A stretch of 64,000 nucleotides of DNA from Paramecium tetraurelia (lineage: Eukaryota), in assembly GCA_000165425.1 (NCBI GenBank), contig CT868659.1:124001-188000 (forward strand). The letters are read 5' to 3'. The position numbers were made by a program, and so were the translations under genes. The notes under the pieces were generated by a model. That model ran no database searches and was not told the DNA's origin. It saw only the letters and a program-made list of their open reading frames with translations. Shown here in pieces: positions 42,573 through 57,008 of this stretch; positions within the stretch are counted from its first letter, which is position 1; every line of letters starts with the position of its first letter.

Positions 42573-44029
42573 TCATTTAGAATTAAACTATTAAGCAAAA
42601 TAATTGTCAATTTTATTTTATAACCATTAATAAAATTCTGGATTCTCCTAAGTTTTTTTATACCATGGGTATTTTTCAAAGTTTTTAGTATATTTTACAA
42701 TCTTTTCTATCAGTTAAAAAGCAAACTTTATATTATAAAAAAATACTTTTCTTGCAATTAATGCTACTAACCAGGTTGGAACAAGAGATAATTATGGATC
42801 ACAATTATTAACAGCTTTAATCTTACATTTAGTTTTAGTAATGGGAGTTATTTAAAAAATGTAATAATTTAATTACAACCTTACATTCTTTGATTTATGA
42901 AGTTATAAATCATAGTAATCAAGAAATTATTGATCTTGATCTATAGATTTACATAAAAACACAATAGTTCCATTCTCTTCTAATCTATCGATACCTTGAC
43001 CGAAGAATACGGTTTCTCTATTAGAAATAACTGGAAAATAAAGTTAACTCACACAAACTTTCTATGTCTTTGAAAGCAGCTTTATGGTTGTTGCATAATT
43101 ACAAAAAGGAACATACTCCGAAAAGAGTTCCACTTCGGTGATCAAAGACATCAGCTTAGCGCAATCAGCCTCAACCTCTGCTTCCATAAGCAACGATACT
43201 GTTGATGATTTTGGTGGAAATTTATAGGAAACACTAATCCCATGACTACTTTTATCCAATGTCCATCCATTTGAATCCAGTTCCATTAAATTTTTAATCA
43301 TGAATTCGTATGAATTCTCAATTACAGATAGCCTTGTGATTTGATCCAAAGAAAGTTGGGTTTTATCAATTAATTATATCGTTTTGTATGCCTAAAATAG
43401 ATACGATTAAAATACTTTATCCAGCATTGAGTCGTTATCATAGTTTAGTACCATATTATAAAGTTCTTGACAGCAAGGACCAAGTTGAATTTCTGAAAGA
43501 ATTTATTGATTTTCAGTTTATTAAAAATTTGTTTCTTAAGCCGAAACAAATATTATTGTCTATTTATTCTCATTTTAAGGAGATAGTAATTCTTAAAATT
43601 TTGTTTTCTCTCTTTAGAAATGTGTTAGCAAATTCTTTAATGCTTGAGGCTTTGGTGGAAAGTTTTCTATATATTTTACTGAAAATATTATTTACAGTCT
43701 CTGTAGAAATCATAAAATTTAATCATTCCCTCATTGTTGTCCAGTTGTTATATTAAATCAGTAAGCTCCTCCTTATAAAAATAATTAAGAATTTCTTACT
43801 TAATTAATACTCTTTGTGCCCATTAATTTTTCTCTAGCAAGGACATAAATCTGAAAGGCCTCATAAAAGTCTTATTTATTTGAATAGTATTCATTGATAT
43901 CGTGCATCTAAAATATTACCATACAAAACATACAAATTTTGAAAGATCAGATTTTAATTCCTTATAAGTTAATCTATTGAAGAGATTACATTAGAAGTCG
44001 TTTGCAAAATAATTATTTTTGTTTGACAT
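42573..44029 (-). CDS. START/SRPBCC lipid-binding domain protein
   Basis: GWTLDKSSHGISVSYK..LITEVELFSEYVPFC..FPVISNRE..DPQLSLVPTWLV. Confidence 0.8.
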
Positions 44030-45569
44030 CTTTTGTAATTTATTATATATTCTACCTTTTTGATTATTTTGGGAATTAAATTGTTGGCTTTTGAGATGGT
44101 CAGTTAATATAACTACGTTCAAAATTTACCCATGCCTAAAATTTACAATTTGGATAAAAAGCATTTCATTTAATAGAGACTAATAATCAAATTTGAAATA
44201 TTCAAATGAATCAATTATGGTACGATAATTTTAAAAATGAATGATGAGTATATTTAATTTAAAAAATACCTATAATCTTTGTCATAAGAATATTTAAAGC
44301 ATATCCGTACTGTAGGTTTTTATACATTAACTTGATATTACAGTTGAATCATAGATATTAGTTAACTCATTACTTTTGAATCTAATCTTTTGTAAATTTT
44401 AGATGATTAACAATACATATCCCCTAAAAAATTCTTTCTTTTTATAGAAATGAGATTGCAAACTACCAAAACATTTCATAATTTCAATTTAGAATGAACT
44501 TTGCCTAACTATATCAAATTAGATATGATTTACATAATTTATTTAATTTCCTATTAAATTTTATATAAGGATTAACTTTATTAAAAATGGAAAAAAGGAT
44601 TTAGTAGATAGAAATTCGCACCACTATTTGATGTGTAAATTAGAAAATAATCAACATACATAAAAATAGGTTGCTAAAGATAAAATTCAAAATAGATTAT
44701 GCTGTTTTTTTTTTTTATTTTACAATTTATAATAAATACGTATAATAAAATAACACAATATGATATGATCATTGACTTTCATAAAAAAAAAATTCTATTA
44801 GTACTATTCCATATAATAATAATTTATCCTTGGGTGTAGAATTTTTCTAATGAAAATTCCTTTTAGAGTACAAGATTTGCATTTTAAATAGTAATTGCAT
44901 ACTTTAAAATAAGATTGTATAGAATTATGAAAATAGAATATATAAATGTTCATCGTCACAATTCTCCATTAAAATGGTGGATTCTCTCAAAATATATCTT
45001 GCACTAAGCTAGCACAAGCATTGAAGTTTGATTAAAGCTTAAATGAGTCCTTTATTTCAAATCTATATAATATGGTATTAATTGGTACTTTTTAAGACTC
45101 CTTTGATGATAAATTATGATTTGGTGTTGATTCCACACCGCAATCTAAGTAGATGTTAGAAAAGTGTTCAGGTTTTCATACACTCCTACTTATAAATTAA
45201 GCTTAATCAAATTTTCAGCTTGTGTTAGATTAGTAAATGATAATTTAGAAATTATCCTACCATATTAATTTATATATGGTAAAGTATCTAAACTCGTATA
45301 GAGTAAGGATTTCTCTTGTTCGAATATTATTGAATAAAATTAATAATAAAATTTGATAACACATTTGAATAATTTAAAAAATAATTATTGAAAAGTATAA
45401 AATAGTTAATTATTGAGTTATTTGTGATAAATTTAAATTTAAGTTTCCTCTTAATTTTAGTAATGTATGATATTCAAGCAATGATTAGTTTTATGAAATG
45501 ATTTCAAAAACAATTAAATATAAGTTAGAGCTCTACAATTTGTATAAATAAGCACAAAAATTGCTCGAA

Positions 45570-46793
<1,224 letters not shown>

Positions 46794-46814
46794 AATAACT
46801 ATTAATATTAATTT

Positions 46815-48364
46815 TCATTTCTACTAAAGATCAAATATTTTGTGATTCCAATACCCAGAGTATTCCTATTTCATCTAATTTATCTCCTTTGCAATATTCC
46901 TAAAATCATTCAAATTTATTACTCTGTACATTATTAGAGATTTTTGTTACTAGACTTCCATAATTCCCATATGATCTATTGTCCCATCTACTAGTTATTA
47001 TCCTAATATTAATCGAAAATCCCTTAGCAATCCTATAGAAATGGTTAAATTATCTCAAAAAATGGTTTAAAAGTGGGTCTGAAATTGAATGTATGAATTG
47101 AGAGGAGACAATGGATGACCAATGATCGTAGAATATTTATTTATCGAATAGCTAAGGGACAGTTCTTTAATTCTTTTGACTCTTTTGAAATATCCTCAAG
47201 TTATGAATAAATTAAATCATTTTGTATTTACTTTTTTATTAATTCACTCACACTATTGTAATGAGGAAATATACTATTGAAAGTTCCTTGAATTCTATGA
47301 AATTCCTCTTATAAAATTACTAAATTGGGTTTAAGATTGATGTTTGGCAATTCTTTGCATTGAATCACTCGGTTTAGATTAATTGATAAGGCATCTAATT
47401 TTGATATCAATTATTCATCTATAAAATTCTAAATAGAAATAACTACTTACATACTATTATCTATTACTATCAAATAAATTGACTACTTCCGAGATACAAG
47501 CATCCACTTTAGAAAGTGTTAATAAAATGTGCTTCTAAGAGTTATTTTTTTATTCGAATTGCACCTCCTACTCATGCAATTATTATGATTAAATGTATCT
47601 TAGTCGTTCCAATTGTTTATCGCAAAAGGTACTAATTTTATAAGCTCCATCGTAGGTATCCTAAATGCTCTCCATTGTTTCTCTCAAATTGATAAGCTTG
47701 TTATAAACTGTTATACTTGATTTTCCAATTCATATTATATCTGTCTTGTTAATTAGACGATCTAAGTCATTCTGAAAATTTGTTATTGCTTGCTTAATAT
47801 ATTTTAAGACAAGACTAAATAGCGTCTTTGATTATAATGTAAAGTCGTTTTCATTGTTTTCTCATTCAATAACCTATTTGAATAATAATATTCATACTCT
47901 TAATATTCCTTATTCTAGTTTTTCAATAACATTATGTCAGATTCTAAGTTTTTCACTTTGTCATTTAATAGTTGCATCTCCCTTTATTTTTCCTTTAATT
48001 TAACTTGTAACTATCTTTCATTTATCGTACTAGTAGTTTTCATTGATTCTGTCTAAGAAACATTGTTTAGTTAAATTGCTTCTTCTTTTTTTATCTAAGC
48101 AGGTTTTTATTAAATTATTTATTTTTCAGTTTCTTTGTTTGTTGGTGGCTTTCCTATTTTCTATTCTTATTATTTCGCAATAGGAAGCTTTTTATTTTAA
48201 CTAGTAGATTTTTAATCAGATTTTTTAACCATTGATGCTTTGTTTATTAAATCACTAGAGTTTAACCCATCATTCTCTTAAATAAATTAATTGACTTTTT
48301 CTTCCAATTACTTTTTTTCTATTTTAGAGTTGCTTAAATTTGAATTGTGTTTTTTAGGTTGCAT
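46815..48364 (-). CDS. Hypothetical coiled-coil protein
   Basis: MQPKKHNSNL.. Q/K/E-rich frame with tiny introns; end frame inferred. Confidence 0.6.
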
Positions 48365-48782
48365 ATTAAAATTAGAATTAAATTTTACAAAAAAATATTA
48401 TATATTTATTTATAATAAGTTGATTTTCTGATTAAGGATAATTGTGTACCTCCTAAAGTGATATTTCTAGAATGTAAAGTATTCAACACTCTTAAATAAC
48501 TAACATTCTTATCAAAATTTCCTAAGACTTCTACTCAGAATATTTATATAATTAATATTTAATATATCATGAGTAAATATGCAAAAAAAAGTCTTAGATT
48601 TTTAATATTTATTATCGAAAGTATTAGGGAAAACTTAAGAATGATTAGATTACGCAAATATTGTTTGGCAAATAAAAATAATTACTTGATATCTTTAGAA
48701 ATGGAATTAATTCCTTTTGGTTAATTAATAATAATCATTTATACATAATCATTAATAAAACTTGATAATACATTTATTATAA

Positions 48783-49711
48783 ATGATCCAAGAGTTTGAG
48801 GTAACATGCCAGTTATATATTAGAAATTTAAACTTTCTGCACTTAACCCTATTTTAGTTTGCTCTGTATGCAATGGATATTTTCGATTTGCACATACTCT
48901 ATCAGAATGTGGTCATACATGTATAAATTTAGATATTCGAAGTTTGTTTCGTTTGCATTTCGAATAAAATGTACTGTCCCAAATGTCCTAATATTTAAAT
49001 AACAAAAAGCACAATTAGGAAGGATCCCTATTTATAATCCATAGTTGATATGCTGTTCCCATAATTCTCATAAGCTGATTAAATCATTTTGGATCGCTTA
49101 AAAAAACTATTTGGAAGTAGCATTGATTTCAATGATTTATAAAATCTTCTGGTTGAAAATAATAAAAAAAAAAGGAAGAATCAAAAATTTGAATAGAAAC
49201 AAGGACTTGTTCATTTAGTTTAGGAAACCTTCAATGGAACCATCTCTTACGATTAGTTCAAGGATAACATTTATGATGAATAAAAGTTTAAGCAATTATT
49301 GGATTACGTCAGAAAATAAAAAATAGCTAGAGAAGAATAACTGATGAATCGTGTACCAGGTTAAAATAACACAAATGGGTCTAAATTATCAGTTACCATC
49401 ATCGGGAAAACAGAATAAGATAAAAAAATTGCAAAACTAGATTGCAAAGTCACCTATCATCCAAATGAATAATAAGGGCTTATCAAAAGATTAAGGAAAC
49501 TGGTGCTGAAATCAGTTTTGAAATAGGATCTCAGTGATTAGGTTATTAACAAAAGTAAGGCAAATCATTAGAATGTAAAGAATAAATTCTAATTAATTAG
49601 ATTGTTTTATATTTTAAGAATATTGATTTAAGAGATGATGAAGATGAAGAGTCGTTATTCATAGGAATAGCTGATCCAACTATAGTTTATGAAATTTTAT
49701 TTAAGGCATGA
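48783..49711 (+). CDS. C3HC4 RING protein of BMI1/PCGF (plant DRIP) type
   Basis: KLSALNPILVCSVCNGYFRFAHTLSECGHTFCFVCI..YCPKC..IRKDPYLQSIVDMLFP. Confidence 0.8.
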
Positions 49712-49746
49712 TCAATTTAACATAATATTTTTATTTCAATTAAATT

Positions 49747-50323
49747 ATGAGAGAGTAACTACATTTCTAAATTTAGTTTACAATCAGAATTGAGAACCCT
49801 TTATGTAAAACTGGGCATTTTCTATGTGTTCTTGATATTCGACTTAATTTGGTCATCCTTCATCGAGCCAACTACTATGAATCAAATATCTTAAGACAAT
49901 AAAGAAGGATAGACCTAAATTTTATGGATGAGCTCAGTTCACATAATAGTAACTGGAATAATTTTTGTGCTATTCTGTACTTTGATGTGGTAGACTTAGC
50001 CACTAAAACTTGGAATGATTAAACTTTTAATACGGTATTCCAAGTTATCATATTTTAGAGATTTCTTATATGTCTTTGTGGTTAGTGGGGGTATGCTTAT
50101 TTTAGTTGTAATTGAAAGAGTAGCTATCTTCATAACCAATACGAAATCAAATGCAGCTATATCCGAAGGAATTAAAGAGAATTGGTCCAGTTTTTTTTAT
50201 TAATTATTTTACTTTATCAGATATCTTTTGAGACCACTTTACATCTTTGTGATGTTGCATGGATCAATGAAAATAACAAAACCTTATTATCACATGAGAA
50301 ACCCAGAACTTTTCATAAATTGA
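49747..50323 (+). CDS. TMEM138: TMEM138-like ciliary membrane protein
   Basis: LIFDLIWSSFIE; TLMWQTQPLKLGMIKLL; W..FYQLFYFIRYLLRPLY..KITKPYYH matches the TMEM138 layout. Confidence 0.75.
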
Positions 50324-50702
50324 AATTCAAATTTTTTTATAATGTTATGAAACTTAGATTTAATTCTTGGTGTTTGAAATGTTTACCAAATAAATATATC
50401 TATATTCTATCTCCAAAATATCGTTATGAAGCCTTAATTTTATTGATTTGGTACAATAAATTATAGTTTTAAGTTCTAATAAATTTGAATTTTAAAAGCT
50501 CTAAAATTGAGAAATAAAGTTCAAAAATAAATTCATTTTTCCAAATTTTAGAAGATATTTCATTATCAAATTATTAATGTATGAAATTAAAAATTTGTGT
50601 CATCTGAATTGTAAAATTATTAAAATTATAATTTGAATATCTTTATGATATTGATTTTAATTTTTAGGAGTAGATTTAAATTGATATTAAATTTAGATAT
50701 AA

Positions 50703-52072
50703 TCAACTAAGTTATGCAAAAAATGCCTCTTCTTTTGAGAATAAATTCTTTACAGCCTATGGATTTATGCCATCATTTTCATAATTTTTAGCCACAGATT
50801 CTTAAGGTGTTGGAAAAGATTTCTCTACTTTTGCTTATTTCCTTGCTTTTTAGGTCTATTATTTATTTCCACTTAACAGATTTTTTTCTTATTAGGCTTT
50901 CTTCTTTTGATTTTTAAGTTCAATATCATAAATGTATTCTTTATTTAATGCTGACCAGACAATTTGTTTATTTGCCTTTTCCTATTCATTTAAGATATAT
51001 TCTTATTCATCTATTTCACTTAAAGAGGATAAGATTTCGTTATCTTTTTATTCTTTGATTGGCTCTTTAACAGGAATAGGATATTCTTATTTTAAATTGT
51101 CTTCTTGTTTAAAGACTTCAGGCTAGACCTTAAGTAATTCGATCATTTCTAAGGCTTTTTTTAAAGTGCTTTCTTCTAATTGTTTAATTTATTCTTCTGT
51201 CAATCCTTTCCTCATTTCTTCTTCTTATTATTTAATTCTTCTATAAGAAGGTGGATCATTTACTGGTCCTGGAATACCAGTCTCTATATTTTCAATCTAT
51301 TCAAATTGCTCTCTTGTCAACTACGATAACCCTGTTTAGTTAAACTCTGCCAATCTTTTTCTAATTGTTTCATCACAAACCTGTACAGTTTTGCAGACCT
51401 AAGAAGTAGGCACATTTTCTCCATGGAATCTAGCTGAAATGAGTAATGCAGCTCCACAAAGTGATGACGGTCTTCTCCCATAAGCCATCCAATCTAACAT
51501 CATTCTTTTAATTAATTTCATTGCTGTGTCAACAATCGCCTTGTATTTATCTCGGCTTAGAATTACGATAATTCAATTACCTTATTTCTAATAGTCTTAC
51601 GAACTTTGGTATGTAGATAGAGGGATCTAAATATTATAAGCTTTTTGCTAATTGAACTATTTGGGGAGCTTTGGCATCTGCCTTTACAAATTTTAAAAGT
51701 TTTAAATAACATTTGGCCACCTTTGTGGCAGAGTCCTTTTTTATAAATTCTGAAATTTCTATTAGTAGATATGGGGCATTTTTGCATCTAAATCCAAAAT
51801 ATAGTGCTTTGGTAAATTATAAATTGGATACCTGCTCCAGCAAAATACTATCCATTCCTAATTGCATTCTCACTTTTATAAAATTTCAATAGTCTTCTCG
51901 CTATTTCAAATGCTTCTTTGTATTCTTCATCAACAGCCAATTCTTGATCCAATATCTTTAGAGTTTTCTCTGTTTCTTAAGGTAATTAATCTTGGTCCTA
52001 ATACCGAACCTCTTATTAGTGAGCCACTTTCCCTCCGTTTAAAAAATCGACTTGTTCATAATAATTATGCAT
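50703..52072 (-). CDS. BRF1: TFIIIB subunit BRF1-like
   Basis: LDPSIYIPKF, RMMLDWMAYGRRPSSLCGAALLISARFHG, DPPSY, downstream acidic segment resembling Brf homology II. Confidence 0.88.
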
Positions 52073-53054
52073 TAATAGTATAAATGATAATTTATAAATA
52101 AATAATATATTTTTCAAAGTAAATTTTGTATAAATTAAATAAGCAATTTCTCCAATCATTTATTGTAATCTATTGCAATATGATTAGGTCATCAATATAT
52201 TTAATATAAATTGTTACTAAAATAATACTTACTTAATTGAATTTGGTAATAATTGGGTTAATCTAAACTATTATTTTTAAATCAAAGCGAATGCAAGTGA
52301 TGTTAAAATTTGTTTAATTTATAATGAATTAATTCAATTATTAAAGTAATCAATAAATTTTTAATCAAGTTATATATTTTAAAATAATATAAGCTAAATA
52401 AAATAGAGTTACATATTCAACAATTTTAAGGTTATCCTTACTCAATAGAATTTAAATTCATTCTTACATAAGTTTACTACATATCTTAAGCTGCTCTTTA
52501 ACAGTTAGGTAATTATTGATATTTTGTTAATTTATTTCAATTAATCATTTATTTGGTCACCCATTTTATTTACATATTGCTTATTATATTTACAATTTCC
52601 TAAATTTTAGAATAATTGGAAAGAAAGCACTGAATTAGCAACCAATAAGCAAAAAAGAAATAATAAAAATAATTTTATGGTAATATTTACACAACCAATT
52701 ACTTATATTAATAATACAGAAAAACACTGAATTTAATTGAAGTAAAATATTCATAACATTACAAGTAAAACTTCGTAATGAAAACTCAAATTATGTATTC
52801 TTCGAAAGAGAAATGGGTATCTTGGGGGATTCATTCTTGTTCCTATTCTTGGATTGTTAGAACCTGTAGTTTGAAATGAAAAATATAAATAATATAACCA
52901 TTTAATATATAGAAAGTCTGTTCTTTACTTAGAATGAAATAAGTTTATAGACTACTTGTTTAAATGAATGGAACAATTATGGAATCCTTAATTTTGTAGT
53001 AAGACATGCTTTAATTGTTTGCTGCAAAAAGCTAAGATATAATCATTAATTATA

Positions 53055-54634
53055 ATGTTTCCTAAATCTTGTGATGAATTATATCAATGTCGACTCTACA
53101 AAAAAAAGTTTCTTGGAAGCTCTCCTAGATATTTTTATATCTTTTTGGACAAAGCTGTTGTGAATAAGGTAAAATAGTGAATGAAATGGGTTTATAGGAG
53201 TCTAATCGCAAAAGAGCAGATCGTGTTTTTAATGTGGAAAATACTAAGAGAATAGTTTGGAAATACACTACAGAATAACCAATAAAAATGAAAGGAATCA
53301 TATTTGACAATGGAAACTAACCACAAGAATACTTTGGAGATGAAGATGTACTTCGTGAATTAAAAAAACATATCTCCAAGTTATTCTTTTAAGCCAAAGT
53401 ACAGGAAGAATATGTGGCTATGTAAGTGATTGGATAAGGAAACTATGCTCTAGTACTAATTAAACTCATTATTATTAGGTTCTTGAATTATAACATTTAC
53501 ACTCAAATCAAAAATTCGCCTCCAAATGCATAGATAAAAAAAAACTATAGACAATAGAGTAAGGAATGGTAATTAATGTATTTAACTTGTAAAGGAATCC
53601 GTGTTGAATGAAATCCAAATAATGAGAATTTTAAGTCCCCATGAATAACTCATTAATTTGATTGAAGTCTACGAAGGAGATAATAACATATATCTCATAA
53701 TGGATTTAGCCCAGGGCGGAAGTTTATACAAGGAAATGAAGAATAAGTTGACTCTCTACAGTAGAAAAGAAGTCTAGAAAGTAAATATTATAATTTAAGA
53801 TAAGATTATGTATTAGATATTATCTGGCTTATAATACATTCATTCGAAAGGAATAATGCATAGAGATCTCAAGCCAGAGAACATCCTCTTCAAAGAAAAG
53901 GGGAACGTAAACACGTTGACTATTGCTGATTTTGGTTTGTCAGTAAAAGTTGATTCTTACCCATACCTATATCCCAAATGTGGAACTCCAGGCTTTGTAG
54001 CCCCAGAAGTGGTTAATTTGATAGATAAAACCTCATCTTACACAACAGCATGTGATATTTTCTCTGCCGGTGTTATTTTTCACATTTTACTTTTGGGAGA
54101 AGGTCTATTTATTGGAAATGGTCACCAAGAGATTTTGAGGATGAATAAACAATTCTAAGTGGATTTAGGAAGAAATAAATACCAACAATTAGACTCTGAT
54201 GCCAGAGACCTATTGTAAACTTAAATTCTATTATATTAGATTTAAAATGATACTCTAAGATCCTGATCAACGATTTACAGCATATCAATGTCTTAATCAT
54301 GTCTACTTTTAAAATGATGTTGCTCCATAATTAAAACTAAAAATGTAATACTCTTTTGATTATGTGTCTTAGATAAGATAGTCCAACTAAGGTTTCTTTC
54401 GATCATTATCTTGATACTTACAACAGTCCTGATCAAAAATTAATGAACAAAGATAGCAAAAAATTATCTATAGTCACTAGAACTCCAATATATGCTCCAA
54501 AAGCCAGTACACCTGAATTACCAAAACAAAGATCCATTATGGAGGAATTAAGTCCATTAAGTTCATTTTCTTTAGATTAGCTTTGTAATGAAACTCAAAA
54601 AGAAGATTAATTATAATTTGCTATTACTAAATGA
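53055..54634 (+). CDS. CAMK-group kinase with N-terminal PH-like domain
   Basis: CRLYKKKFLGSSPRYFYIF; IGQGNYA; HRDLKPEN; DFG; CGTPGFVAPE; several tiny introns. Confidence 0.9.
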
Positions 54635-55009
54635 TATTATATATATATATTGATATATTTTGATAAAAACCTAATATATAACCATTATGAATTTGAATTC
54701 CTCTAACAGAATGAATTAAATCTATATATATTAGAATAATATTATTAAAATATATAGATTCTCTATTAAAATTATGACTTTTTTGATTAATTGTTCTTAG
54801 TTTAAGGAAATAAATTTTTTAATTTTTTATCAATATTTTAAGAATAGTAGTAGAAAAATTTAATTATAAAAATTTAAAACTTCTTCGTCATTTAATTTTT
54901 AAAAATTATATAAGTTGATTGAGCATTAATGTATGAATATTAATACTTAACTGTACTGATATATTGTTTGAGGATCACTAATTACAATTATTAACATCTA
55001 TAATAATAA

Positions 55010-55607
55010 TCAAAGTAGTATTCTCTTGTTATAAGTTTTTTCTAAATTGTGTATATATTCTTGATGGTGGATTTAGAAATCTTCGATAAAGTTGGGAGGT
55101 AGATTGAAATTATGTTGTGGCTCGACTTCATCTTAAAATTTAGCATCTAATATTTTTTTCTATGATTAAACACAATTAGATTACTGCCAATTCTTCTCTT
55201 TCAATTTTTGATCCTCCATTATGTTTGAGTCTAATATGTAAATTCAATGAAATGTCAGTCCCATAGACTTTGTCACATTTTTCATAAGGACACTATTTGA
55301 GCATAGAATAAAATGTACTTAAAAATCTCTTTTGATGAGGTTGGCAGTTCTACGTTTTTTTTTGGTTTCTTATTTTTATGGTTAAACGAGGGTGTAATGT
55401 TCTGTGATTGATTCCTAAAATAACTCATCGATTTTGACTTACTTCTAAATAATCAAGACGTTTAGCCAACAGATTTAAATCCTAATCTAAATGATCAATA
55501 TTTTTGGAAATCTGTTAAAAGTTCATCATAAGGGTCTCTATTGTGCTTTTGGTACACAATGGCGGTTTTTTCCCCAAGAACTCGATTTGCTCTTTTTCAC
55601 TCAACAT
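55010..55607 (-). CDS. C2H2 zinc-finger protein
   Basis: RRTANLIKRDFQCPYEKCDKVYGTDISLNLHIRLKHNGG; three introns. Confidence 0.85.
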
Positions 55608-55795
55608 ACTAATTTTTTACTATAACTATTAATTAATTTGAGAATGATTGCACACTTACTTTTTCTAAAATATTCCTATTATATATTTCTTTTGAAAATA
55701 TAAAATCGCTAAACAAAGAGAATTGTTTCAAATATAATTTATTTATATGAGGACAAATATTCATAATAAGTATTAGAATATTAAATAATTACAAA

Positions 55796-56925
55796 ATGGA
55801 TTATGATAAATTGTACACGAGAATTAAAAAGTACCCTCAAAAATGGGGATTGTAAGAAGTAGAAACTTGGTTGGCAATAACTGGACTCTCAGAATTTTAA
55901 TTCAAATTCGTTTCAAATTAAATAGATGGTGCTCTCTTATCGGCCCTTGAAGAAAGCGACCTGATTGAAATAGGAATAGATGAGAAATCTGAAAAATTCC
56001 CAATTTTAATCCAATGTAGAAATTGAATACATAAGTAGGGATTAAATAAGGTCTAAAAGATTACTCATATTTTCTTAAAGATAAACTGCATTAAGAGTAT
56101 ATCCTTTAGGGAACAACAGAAGATGATCTGAGCATAACAAAATGCTAGCGTTCTTCATTGATAGCATCGTAGAATTATGAGAAAACTATTTAAAAGGTTG
56201 TTACTTTCTATTAAGAGGAAGGTGCAATTAACGAGGTGTAACCATTTTAATAGGTGAGTCAAAAATATGAATAAAATCTGAATGGACTCATCTTAATTTT
56301 ATATCAAGATCCTCCAAAATAATACCATTTTCTTAATTAAGAAATAACAATAGGAAGAAACTACGATAATACAATCGTTTTATCTGAAGATTACATAAGC
56401 AGACAACATTGTAAAATAACATGGAATTCAAACAACCAAGCATTTTATCTACAAGATTTGGGTTCTACATCAGGAACCTACATTTTACTCATTTATCCAA
56501 CTTTGTTATAAGAATAATTTATCATATAAATGGGATCTGCTTAATATAGAATAGAGAGACTAGATATCCAAGGTGTGAAATGTTCAGTACAGATGAAGAT
56601 TGTTGAAGGCAATAGATTAGGGTTTACATTTTGTTTTGAATTAATAAAAAATTAGTCGAGTTTATTATTCGGCCGGAATTAGTAGTTGTTTGCTATGGAT
56701 CCTGTAATTATTTGAGTTTCACATAGATAGAATTTGAGCAATATACATGCACAATTTCAATTCATCGATGATGGATTAGTTATTGAAGATCAAGGTAGTA
56801 GAAATGGTACTTGGTTGAGATTGAGTGTTCCTTCATAAGTTAGTGAACCAATTAAATTGATAAATGGAAGGAGATTTAGATTAGCTTATGAGAAGGTTTT
56901 TGAATGTGTTGTGAATCAAATTTGA
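55796..56925 (+). CDS. SAM + tandem FHA domain protein
   Basis: WGLQEVETWL..IDGALLSALEESDLIEIGI (SAM); IGRNYDN..ISRQHC..DLGSTSGT and FGRN..LSNIHA..DQGSRNGTW (FHA x2). Confidence 0.85.
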
Positions 56926-57008
56926 ATAGATGTTTGTGGTTTAGTTAAATTTGTATTCATATTTAAGAAAGAAAAATAATGTAAACTGTATTTTAATAAT
57001 GATTCTAA

